A stretch of 44,403 nucleotides of DNA from contig CAMUJQ010000001.1 in assembly GCA_947089305.1 (NCBI GenBank), positions 1 through 44,403 on the forward strand, in the 5' to 3' direction. A program made the translations under genes and the position numbers. The stretch comes from an uncultured Clostridia bacterium. GTDB taxonomy: Bacteria > Bacillota > Clostridia > Christensenellales > UBA1242. Under the pieces are notes generated by a model that saw only the letters and a list, made by a program, of their open reading frames with translations, was not told the origin of the DNA and made no database searches. Positions 36,837 through 44,403 of this stretch are shown piece by piece (positions within the stretch are counted from its first letter, which is position 1; each line of letters opens with the position of its first letter).

Positions 36837-37199
36837 ATGCAAATAGAAAAAATAAACTATAATAATATTGAAATGGCACATGTTATAGAAAAAAATTGTA
36901 TAATAACTAATTTAGATAGTGCAATCGATTTAATCATGACAGTATATAGCAAAACAGGCATAAAAAATATTATACTATCAAAAAGTTTGATAACGAATGA
37001 TTTTTTTATATTAAGCACGGGCTTAGCTGGAGAAATTTTGCAAAAATTTATTAACTATAATTTTCGCATTGCAATATATGGAGATTATTCAAAATACACA
37101 AGTCAACCCTTAAAAGCTTTTATTTATGAAAGCAATAAAGGTGATAATATTTTTTTTGTTGACACACTTAAAAATGCAATTGAAAAATTAGCTAAATAA
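36837..37199 (+). CDS. DUF4180 domain-containing protein
   Basis: 120 aa. NDFFILSTGLAGEILQKFINYNFRIAIYGDYSKY...AFIYESNKG matches the conserved DUF4180 core. Confidence 0.75.
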   Translation: MQIEKINYNNIEMAHVIEKNCIITNLDSAIDLIMTVYSKTGIKNIILSKSLITNDFFILSTGLAGEILQKFINYNFRIAIYGDYSKYTSQPLKAFIYESNKGDNIFFVDTLKNAIEKLAK

Positions 37200-37354
37200 A
37201 ATATTTGATATTTCACTTTTAATATTAAATTAATTAAAAGTTTTTATGCAACTTAAATATGCTTTTTTTATAACTTAAATCGTTTTACTGTTTTTAAAAA
37301 TTACATATTGACTATTTATATAAAAATGATATAATAATATTATAGGAGTAATTT

Positions 37355-37987
37355 ATGGAGTTATTAAACAATGGAAAAATTGCTATAGATGATGAAATTT
37401 TATCTCTAGAAGAAGCAAAAGTTAAATATCCAGAGAAAAAAGTTGAAATTCAATTTCACGAAATTGCAGTGGCAGCTTCACAAATTTTAGAATTACCTGA
37501 AATTAAAAATACTTCAAATATATTTGATAAAGCTTACTTATTATATAAATACATTATTGAAAATTCAAAATATGATTTAAACATTCAGAAAGAGAAAAAG
37601 TTGAACACAGAAGATGATATTGAATTTAATGAAATTTATAGATGTTTATGCGAACATAGAAGTGTGTGTACTGGAGATTCTGCAAGTTTATCTTTATTAA
37701 TGAGAATGGTTGGAATTGAAAGCGTTTATGTTGGGCTAAGGCATAAAACTAATAATAGCGCACATGCTGTTGTTAAATTTAAAATTGATAACAATGAATA
37801 TTTTTGTGATCCAACTCTTTTTAGACTTCTTTCAATTGAACATAATGTAAAAATTAATAACTCTCTTTTTGCGTTTCCCTCTGACAGTTTTTTTAGCACA
37901 TTTCATCCAAAAGAAGAAATTGAATATATTGCACAACCTGAAAGTTTAGTTTCAATAACATTAAAAGCAAACAAACGTAAAATATAA
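37355..37987 (+). CDS. transglutaminase-like cysteine peptidase domain protein
   Basis: The Cys-His-Asp arrangement is VCTGDSASLSLLMRMVGIES ... SAHAVVKF ... YFCDPT, which is the transglutaminase-core pattern. Confidence 0.65.
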   Translation: MELLNNGKIAIDDEILSLEEAKVKYPEKKVEIQFHEIAVAASQILELPEIKNTSNIFDKAYLLYKYIIENSKYDLNIQKEKKLNTEDDIEFNEIYRCLCEHRSVCTGDSASLSLLMRMVGIESVYVGLRHKTNNSAHAVVKFKIDNNEYFCDPTLFRLLSIEHNVKINNSLFAFPSDSFFSTFHPKEEIEYIAQPESLVSITLKANKRKI

Positions 37988-38088
37988 AAATCACCAGCAC
38001 GCTGGTGTTTTTTTATAATTAATTGAAATTTATTATGATATTTTAATAAGCTATGCTAAAATATTTTTATTAAATATCAGGAGAAAAA

Positions 38089-38637
38089 ATGATTACAGAT
38101 ATTATCAGCATAATTTTAAGTTCTATTCTTGCCGTTGTTGCAATTTTTATTTCTATTTCCTCTCTTAACAGACAAACTAAAAGTCAAAAACAAAATGCAA
38201 CAATTCAACTTTTTGATAAACGTTTTGAAATTTATTTATTTGTGGTTGAGTTATGGCAAATAGTTGGTTATTTTTGTGGAGACATTAATCTTGATGAAAA
38301 TAAAACTTATAGTTATAAGGAAGTTCTTGCGCTTTCAAAAAGCATTAAAATAAATGAAAATATGCAAAACAAAATTAATTTTGCATATTGCAACAGCAAC
38401 AAATATTACTACATGCAAAAATGTTTATTTGAAGGAAATGTACAAAAATATTTAGATGATATTTTATCATCGTTTACCATTTATATCACAGGAATTTATT
38501 TTAAAAACTCAATGGATAAAGAATTTGAGCAACCTGCTTATGATAAAATAATTTCTTTATATAAAACTAAAACTTTTGATTTGGAAGAATTAAGACAATA
38601 TATTTATTTAGCAGATATAAAAAGAAATGATTTTTAA
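38089..38637 (+). CDS. hypothetical protein with N-terminal TM anchor, 182 aa
   Basis: ORF with RBS AGGAGAAAAA and one N-terminal TM. I recognised no family. Confidence 0.5.
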   Translation: MITDIISIILSSILAVVAIFISISSLNRQTKSQKQNATIQLFDKRFEIYLFVVELWQIVGYFCGDINLDENKTYSYKEVLALSKSIKINENMQNKINFAYCNSNKYYYMQKCLFEGNVQKYLDDILSSFTIYITGIYFKNSMDKEFEQPAYDKIISLYKTKTFDLEELRQYIYLADIKRNDF

Positions 38638-38693
38638 GATGACAAATGAAACAAAAGTGATATAATTTTATTAGTTATTTAGGAGGAAAATTT

Positions 38694-39704
38694 ATGAAAT
38701 ATGCAATTTATGGAACAGGCTCTCTAGGTATAGTGCTTGCGGCTTACTTATCTGAAGCAGGAGAAAAATTTGACTGCATAGATAGAAATAAAAATAATAT
38801 TGAGGCATTAAATAAAAATGGTGCTTGTGTTATTGGAAAACGTCAATTTTGCGCCAAAGTAAATGCAATACATGTTGATGATGTAAAAGAAAAATATGAT
38901 ATTATCTTTTTGCTTACAAAGCAACTTGGAAATAAAGAAACAGTTAATAAAATTTCTAAAATATTAAACAAAGATGGTGTTATATGCACAATGCAAAACG
39001 GGCTTCCAGAAGAGGAAATTTCTGAAATTATATCTAAGGAGCGCACCTTTGGCTGCACTGTTGGTTGGGGTGCTACTCGCACAGAATATGGAGTTAGTGA
39101 ACTAACAAGTGAGCCTAACCGCGAAAGTTTAACTTTTGGACTTGGAAGTTATGCTGGCATTAAAAATGCACACTTTGATGAAATTGTTCGCATTTTAAAT
39201 ATTATGGGTCAAGTTGACATTGAAGATAATTTTATAGGTGCTAGATGGGTAAAACTTTTAATTAACAGCGCGTTTAGTGGAATGAGTGCTGTTTGTGGTG
39301 ACACTTTTGGTGCTGTTGCTAAAAATAAAAAAAGCAGAAAAATTATTCAAAAAATTATTAAAGAATGTATTGATGTTGCTAAAGCGGCAAACATTAAAAT
39401 TGAAAAAATTCAAGGTAAAGATGTTGTAAAACTTTTAGATTATAAAGGTGCATTGAAAAAGAAAATCAGCTTTTTAATTATTCCTATTGCAATCAAAAAA
39501 CATGCCTTGCTTAAGGCTAGCATGCTTCAAGATATTGAAAAAGGCATCCCTTGTGAAATTGATTACATAAACGGCATTGTTTGTATTTTTGGCAAAAAAT
39601 TTAATGTGCCAACTCCCGCAAACGATAAAGTTTGTGAAATAATTCATAAAATTGAAGCTAAAGAACTTACTCCATGTTTTGATAATGTAAAACTATTTGA
39701 TTAA
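38694..39704 (+). CDS. ketopantoate reductase (PanE/ApbA) family oxidoreductase
   Basis: N-terminal Rossmann motif YGTGSLG, a central K...N...E pattern (WVKLLINS) and a length of 336 aa. Confidence 0.7.
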   Translation: MKYAIYGTGSLGIVLAAYLSEAGEKFDCIDRNKNNIEALNKNGACVIGKRQFCAKVNAIHVDDVKEKYDIIFLLTKQLGNKETVNKISKILNKDGVICTMQNGLPEEEISEIISKERTFGCTVGWGATRTEYGVSELTSEPNRESLTFGLGSYAGIKNAHFDEIVRILNIMGQVDIEDNFIGARWVKLLINSAFSGMSAVCGDTFGAVAKNKKSRKIIQKIIKECIDVAKAANIKIEKIQGKDVVKLLDYKGALKKKISFLIIPIAIKKHALLKASMLQDIEKGIPCEIDYINGIVCIFGKKFNVPTPANDKVCEIIHKIEAKELTPCFDNVKLFD

Positions 39705-39785
39705 CCCAGTATTAAAATTTTAAATTTTTGCTTATAAAAACTGTTCAAAACTTTAATGTTAATTTCAAATAAAAAAAGAGTAAAA

Positions 39786-40625
39786 TTAATTACTCTTTTT
39801 TTCTACTATTACAAATCTTTTTGGTTCTGTTCCTTTTGAATAAGTTGTAACATCTTCTTTGTTTTGCAATGTTGTATGGATTATTCTTCTATCCCTTGCT
39901 GGCATTGCTTCAAACTTATAACTTCCGCTCTTAATTGCCATTTGATAAGCTTTTTCTGCCATTCTTTCTAATTTGTTTACTCGTTCTTGTTTATAATTGC
40001 CAACGTCAACTCTAATACGTTTTCTTATTTCATGTTTACTTGCATAAACATTTAAATAGCTTTCTAGGTTGTTAAGATTTTCTCCACCGTTACCTATAAG
40101 TCCGCCTAATTTATTTCCATCTATACTAACATAAATTGCTTTATCATCAAAAGTCATTTTTATAGAAATATTTTCGCCTTTGCTAAATTTTAAAAATTCA
40201 TTTAAAAATGTTTCTATTATTTTTTGTGCAGCTTTATCATTAACAGAATTTCTTTCTTGTTTAACCTCTTTATCAGCTTTTTCTTCTTTTACATTAGCTG
40301 AAACAAACTCTTTTTGTCCTTTTTTATTCATAGGTTTAACACGCTCTTCACTGCTTTCATCGTCAACTAAAACTTTAATTTCTTTCTTTTTAGTTTCAGG
40401 CTTCTTTTCTTCCTTAACTTCTTCTTCAACTTTTTCGCTTATAGTATTGTCTTTATCAATTGTAACTTCAACCTTTGCTTTTTTGAATAAGCCACCTTCG
40501 CTAATTACCTTTATTGTAACTTGGTCTTGTGTTACACCCAATTCTTCTAGTGCATTTTCAATTGCTTGTTCAATTGTTCTTCCTTGTGAAATAATACTGT
40601 TCATCTCTTTTTTCTCCTTTTGCAT
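39786..40625 (-). CDS. jag: RNA-binding protein Jag/KhpB (Jag_N, KH, R3H) with a long Lys/Glu-rich linker
   Basis: It has Jag_N (GRTIEQAIENALEELGV), a KH-like GLIGNGGENLNNLE, and a C-terminal R3H region (RRIIHTTLQ). Its position after yidC is canonical. Confidence 0.85.
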   Translation of the reverse strand: MQKEKKEMNSIISQGRTIEQAIENALEELGVTQDQVTIKVISEGGLFKKAKVEVTIDKDNTISEKVEEEVKEEKKPETKKKEIKVLVDDESSEERVKPMNKKGQKEFVSANVKEEKADKEVKQERNSVNDKAAQKIIETFLNEFLKFSKGENISIKMTFDDKAIYVSIDGNKLGGLIGNGGENLNNLESYLNVYASKHEIRKRIRVDVGNYKQERVNKLERMAEKAYQMAIKSGSYKFEAMPARDRRIIHTTLQNKEDVTTYSKGTEPKRFVIVEKKSN

Positions 40626-40636
40626 ACAATTATTAT

Positions 40637-41677
40637 TTAATATCGACTATAACTAACTTTGCTTCCACCATCGTTAGATTTTGTGTCGTTATTGCCTTTA
40701 TTTTTCTTTTTATTTCCACCCTCTTTTATAATTAAATTAACTAGTGGAGTTGTAATAAGAGTGCTTATAACAGCCAATATTTGACTTGCTGCCAAATATA
40801 ACGCGAATGTTGAGCTTGAAATAAAACAGAACACTGCGGAAATAATAATCATAACAATTTGAGTTGTCCATGCAGACTTGTTTTGTTCTTTTGGCTGCCC
40901 ACCTTTCTTATTATCTAATTGAGTGATAAGCGCTGTTAACACTGTTGCCACAACACATATTACTACTAATAAATAATAACCATTCCATTGTTTTCCATAC
41001 GTATCAATTAAAGGTTGCATAACCAAGTTATATTTTTCTTCTGTAATATATCCCTCGTCTTCTTCTTTTAACCCTGCGTTCAAAGTTTTTTGAACATCTT
41101 TATAACTTGGAATTACAGATTCGCTAGTATCTTTTCTCCAAATGTTTTTTATCCATAAAAAGCTATCGCGATATTTATCTTTATAAGCAACAATAACAGC
41201 TTGTTCAGCTTCATCAACATTGCCACTTGTTTCTTCTAGTGTTTGTTCATAAACTGTTTGAAGATTTTTAAATTGTTCTTGCATTTTATAGTTAGACATG
41301 CTAGTTAAAGAGTTTATTAATGTAACAAATACAAATATTACTACAAATAAATTTATTACAACGGGCAAACAACTTCCCATTGGGTTAACATTATGTTTTT
41401 TATATAATTCACTTTGTTTTTGATTTAAAATATTTTTGTCGTAACCATATTTCTTTTTTAGCATTTCAAGTTCTGGTGCCAAAGCTTTTTGAGAAATTGA
41501 CATTTTCTTTTGCCCTAATTTCATCCAAAAATCTAGAGGCATCATAATTAACTTTAAAATTACTGTAATAAAAATAATTGTCCAGCCATAACTGCCAATA
41601 AAACTTTGCACCCAGTTTATAATTGCTGGCCATGCTCCGCTTGGAGCTTTTGCCGCGCCTAATAGTAAAGTAAGCAT
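40637..41677 (-). CDS. yidC: membrane protein insertase YidC
   Basis: 346 aa with a YidC/Oxa1 core (ILKLIMMPL...MGSCLPVVI) and a basic C-terminal tail. It follows yidD and rnpA. Confidence 0.85.
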   Translation of the reverse strand: MLTLLLGAAKAPSGAWPAIINWVQSFIGSYGWTIIFITVILKLIMMPLDFWMKLGQKKMSISQKALAPELEMLKKKYGYDKNILNQKQSELYKKHNVNPMGSCLPVVINLFVVIFVFVTLINSLTSMSNYKMQEQFKNLQTVYEQTLEETSGNVDEAEQAVIVAYKDKYRDSFLWIKNIWRKDTSESVIPSYKDVQKTLNAGLKEEDEGYITEEKYNLVMQPLIDTYGKQWNGYYLLVVICVVATVLTALITQLDNKKGGQPKEQNKSAWTTQIVMIIISAVFCFISSSTFALYLAASQILAVISTLITTPLVNLIIKEGGNKKKNKGNNDTKSNDGGSKVSYSRY

Positions 41678-41695
41678 TTTATCTCCTAAAGAACT

Positions 41696-41968
41696 TTAAA
41701 TTAAATATTTAAACTCTTTTTTGGGGTTTTCTGGAATATTATCAATTCCACCAGGGTGTCTGCCATCGCATCTAATTATGCGCTTAGCAGCAATCCAACT
41801 TCCCTTAATTATACCAAAACTTTTAATCGCTTGTAAAGCATACGTTGAACATGTTGGATAGTATCCACACATTTTAGGAAGCAATGGAGAAATTAAAAAT
41901 TTGTATAAATAAATTAATCCCATTCCTAATAATTTAAAAGGATAAAGTAAAATTTTAAATACTATCAT
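41696..41968 (-). CDS. yidD: membrane protein insertion efficiency factor YidD
   Basis: C.YYPTCSTYALQAI...RIIRCDGRHPGGIDNIP is the hallmark YidD sequence. Confidence 0.9.
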   Translation of the reverse strand: MIVFKILLYPFKLLGMGLIYLYKFLISPLLPKMCGYYPTCSTYALQAIKSFGIIKGSWIAAKRIIRCDGRHPGGIDNIPENPKKEFKYLI

Positions 41969-42314
41969 TTTCTTTTTCCTTTAATAAGTTTAAAGATTTA
42001 AGTCCATTATATATTTTAGCGTTCATTGCTTCAAAACTCAACAAAGTTATATTAGGATAAGCCACGAAAATTAAATTATAACCGCGATTTATGTTGAATA
42101 CATATTTTCTAACAATTGCTCTTAGCTGCCTTTTCGTTTTATTTCTAATAATAGCTTTTCCAACTTTTTTACTAACAGAAAAACCAATTCTAAGCAACTT
42201 GTCTTTGCGTTTAAAAATAACCAAACTAAATTCATTAAACTTTTTAGTTTGTCCGTGTTTATAGGAATATTGAAACTCTGTTCGCTTTTTAAGCCTATAT
42301 TCACTTGGTAACAT
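41955..42314 (-). CDS. rnpA: ribonuclease P protein component
   Basis: 119 aa containing SVSKKVGKAIIRNKTKRQLRAIVR, the RNR motif region. It lies directly downstream of rpmH. Confidence 0.9.
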   Translation of the reverse strand: MLPSEYRLKKRTEFQYSYKHGQTKKFNEFSLVIFKRKDKLLRIGFSVSKKVGKAIIRNKTKRQLRAIVRKYVFNINRGYNLIFVAYPNITLLSFEAMNAKIYNGLKSLNLLKEKENDSI

Positions 42315-42365
42315 TAAATAAATCCTTTGAATAAATGGTATATAAAAAATTTAGTGCACCGTTAC

Positions 42366-42506
42366 TTATGCACTAAGTTTTTTTCTACCTGCGTTTCTTC
42401 TACGCTTAATAACACGGCGACCAGCGGCTGATGCCATTCTTTTTCTGAAGCCGTGAACAGTTTTACGTCTACGCTTATGTGGTTGATATGTCCCTAAAGT
42501 ATTCAT
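42366..42506 (-). CDS. rpmH: 50S ribosomal protein L34
   Basis: Not in the ORF track because it is too short. The hand translation is [46 protein letters not shown], 46 aa ending in TAA. Confidence 0.92.
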   Translation of the reverse strand: MNTLGTYQPHKRRRKTVHGFRKRMASAAGRRVIKRRRNAGRKKLSA

Positions 42507-42554
42507 GTTTCACCCTCTACAATTTATTTCAAGTAAATCTCACTTGCTTTATTT

Positions 42555-42583
42555 ATTATAAATTTTGTTGCCTCCGTTGTCAA
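42555..42583 (-). promoter_or_regulatory. consensus sigma70 promoter for rpmH-rnpA operon
   Basis: On the minus strand TTGACA (42583-42578), a 17-nt spacer, then TATAAT (42560-42555). Confidence 0.7.
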
Positions 42584-42704
42584 GCATTTAATAAAATTCT
42601 TTTGTATAATATGTAAATTTGTTTATAAAAACCGCAACCAAGCTATAATTCAAAATAAATTAACACAATACTATCAAAAAGATATCTTTTCTCTTTTCAT
42701 AAAA

Positions 42705-42727
42705 AACAACTTCATATGAAGTTGTTT
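42705..42727 (-). terminator. intrinsic terminator after the LRR gene
   Basis: AACAACTTCA-TAT-GAAGTTGTT hairpin flanked by A and T runs. Confidence 0.75.
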
Positions 42728-42754
42728 TTTTAAAATTCTTGAAATTAAACGAAT

Positions 42755-44403
42755 TTATGACCCCGTATATCCCCATGTAATTAAATATGCTCTTGAACTC
42801 CAGTATTCATTCCACCCAATTGGCTGGCCAACTACACGGCAACATATTTGCATAGTGCTATCATAAGAAAATACAGCGCTTCCCATGTTCACTACATTAG
42901 TAGGTATGACAATTTTTTTTAGACGTTTACAATCATTAAATGCATGATCTCCAATACTTGTTACACCATTTCCTATTGTAACACTACTTAAATTTGTACA
43001 ACCGTAAAATGCATAACTATCTATTTCAATCACATTGTTTGGAATAATTATCTTAGATAAACTTGTACAATAACTAAATGCTCCGTAACCTATACTTGTT
43101 ACGCTGCTTCCTATTGTTACATTGTTTATTTTCATCCTTTCAAATATATTTTTTGGAATTCTTTTTACAGAATTTCCTATTATAACTGTTATTCCTGATC
43201 CATCTGATCCTGCATTGTAAAACCCCTCAAAGTTACTAAATAAATCTGTGCAATTTATTGCGTTATAATTTATTTGTGTTAATGCGGTACAATTATAAAA
43301 AGCATAATCTTCTAAATTTGTTAAATTAGTTCCAATTGTTAAGTTTGTTAAGCCAGTACACCCATAAAATGCACGTTCTCCTATACTTGTTACACTATTT
43401 GGAATGTTAATACTAGTTAAATTGATACAGCCAATAAATGCGGAGCTTTTTATACTTGTCACATTGTTTGGTATTATTGTATTTTTACAGCCATATATTA
43501 ATGTATTTGTGCCTTTTTCTATTATTGCATTACTGTTATTTCTGCTATCAAATACTGTATTGTTAGCATTAACTATTATACTCGATAAATTATTACAATT
43601 ACTAAATACCGATTGCCCAATTTTTGTTACACTTGAAGGAATAGTAATGCTAGATAAATTGTTACAGCCATAAAATGCTTTATCATGAATAAACTTTGTA
43701 TTTGAATTTATCACGCAACTGGTTATATCTTTTGATGTTGCTTCAATTAAAAGCAAATATGGATTTGAACTATTTCCTAAATATTTTGCATTATCATATA
43801 TATTATATTGTAATTTGCCACTATATTCAAAAGCCCTTTCATTAATACTGCTCACATTGCTTCCAATATTCAAACTTGTTAATTGATTACATGAAGAAAA
43901 TGTTCTATATTCAATACTTGTTAGACCACTCCCTATAGTTACATTGCTTAATTTAACGCAATTACTAAATGCACTTTCTCCTATTTTAGTTACACTATTT
44001 GGGATAGTTATACTGGTTAAGTTATTACATCCTTGAAATGCATAAGAACCTATACATGTTAGTCCTGACGGTAAATTTATTTGAGATATGTTTGTGCAAT
44101 TATTAAATGCATTGGAATAAATAATTTTTGTGTTTGAATGTATTGTATAGCTTGATTTATTTAATGTTGCTGACTTTAAAATTAAATATGGGTTTGAACT
44201 ATTTCCTAAATAATTTGCATCATTATATTTGGTATATTGTAATTTATTGCATTCATAAAATGCATTGTTTCCTAAAAATGTTAGACTATTTGGTATAGTT
44301 ATATTAGTTAGATTGCTACATTCAGAAAATGCCTGCTCTCCTATACTTGTTACACTATTTGGGATAGTTATACTGGTTAAGTTATTACATCCTTGAAATG
44401 CAT
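42755..44403 (-). CDS. BspA-type leucine-rich repeat (LRR_5) protein, N-terminus runs off the window
   Basis: The track ORF starts at an internal TTG (43873). I read the same frame by hand up to 44403 and found no stop. Repeated units are ...AF.GC.NLTSITIPNSVTSIG..., with periodic YLGNSSNPYL segments. Confidence 0.85.
   Translation of the reverse strand, partial: AFQGCNNLTSITIPNSVTSIGEQAFSECSNLTNITIPNSLTFLGNNAFYECNKLQYTKYNDANYLGNSSNPYLILKSATLNKSSYTIHSNTKIIYSNAFNNCTNISQINLPSGLTCIGSYAFQGCNNLTSITIPNSVTKIGESAFSNCVKLSNVTIGSGLTSIEYRTFSSCNQLTSLNIGSNVSSINERAFEYSGKLQYNIYDNAKYLGNSSNPYLLLIEATSKDITSCVINSNTKFIHDKAFYGCNNLSSITIPSSVTKIGQSVFSNCNNLSSIIVNANNTVFDSRNNSNAIIEKGTNTLIYGCKNTIIPNNVTSIKSSAFIGCINLTSINIPNSVTSIGERAFYGCTGLTNLTIGTNLTNLEDYAFYNCTALTQINYNAINCTDLFSNFEGFYNAGSDGSGITVIIGNSVKRIPKNIFERMKINNVTIGSSVTSIGYGAFSYCTSLSKIIIPNNVIEIDSYAFYGCTNLSSVTIGNGVTSIGDHAFNDCKRLKKIVIPTNVVNMGSAVFSYDSTMQICCRVVGQPIGWNEYWSSRAYLITWGYTGS

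Noticed and set aside
42507-42754. oriC call for the rpmH upstream region
   Set aside because: No DnaA-box consensus or AT-rich 13-mer-like unwinding repeats were recognisable by eye. The region is fully accounted for by a promoter and a terminator.
1-44403. Mollicutes-type code (UGA=Trp), CRISPR arrays, IS elements or prophage
   Set aside because: Long domain-complete ORFs are intact under the standard code, and the tRNA-Trp anticodon is CCA. I saw no regularly spaced direct repeats of CRISPR type. No transposase, integrase, terminal inverted repeat or phage structural gene was visible.

Overview
Visibly AT-rich, gene-dense bacterial chromosomal segment. The standard code fits: ORFs are long and intact, and tRNA-Trp has a CCA anticodon. 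Gene content (tsaD, DivIC-like, RmuC, CadC/CadA, BspA-type LRR, rpmH-rnpA-yidD-yidC-jag) suggests a low-GC Firmicutes/Mycoplasmatota-type organism, but I cannot name the taxon. I support about 52 protein-coding regions. Two run off the window edges and two look frameshifted. There are five tRNA genes (Arg-ACG, Trp-CCA, Thr-GGT, Gly-CCC, Ser-GCT), all encoding CCA, plus several sigma70-type promoters, operator-like palindromes and intrinsic terminators. I saw no rRNA, CRISPR array, integrase, transposase or phage structural gene. Most of the window is housekeeping, transport and metal resistance. Its right end is the normally origin-proximal rpmH cluster. The most unusual signal is non-coding. 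tRNA-Arg and tRNA-Ser, 28 kb apart, are each followed by a gene-less structured insert of about 120 nt, closed by a second copy of the tRNA's own 3' end. The two inserts share one architecture: a small terminator-like hairpin, an inverted copy of the T-arm, a tetraloop hairpin that re-uses the 5' T-stem strand, and then a GGCTGACGC...GCTATA(T)AA module sitting exactly where G53-T54-T55 should be. They look like att scars or miniature cis-mobilizable relics of a tRNA T-loop-targeting element family, or possibly something not yet described. Secondary observations: a G8 tract splitting an inositol-monophosphatase/serine-hydrolase fusion; a GNAT gene that seems to need an ATT start; an overlapping truncated CCA-type nucleotidyltransferase/RmuC pair; a SLOG(DUF1273)/XRE pair with an operator palindrome next to tRNA-Trp; a tRNA-Gly(CCC) with C55; and a small cluster of unknown genes that includes a frameshifted ORF.
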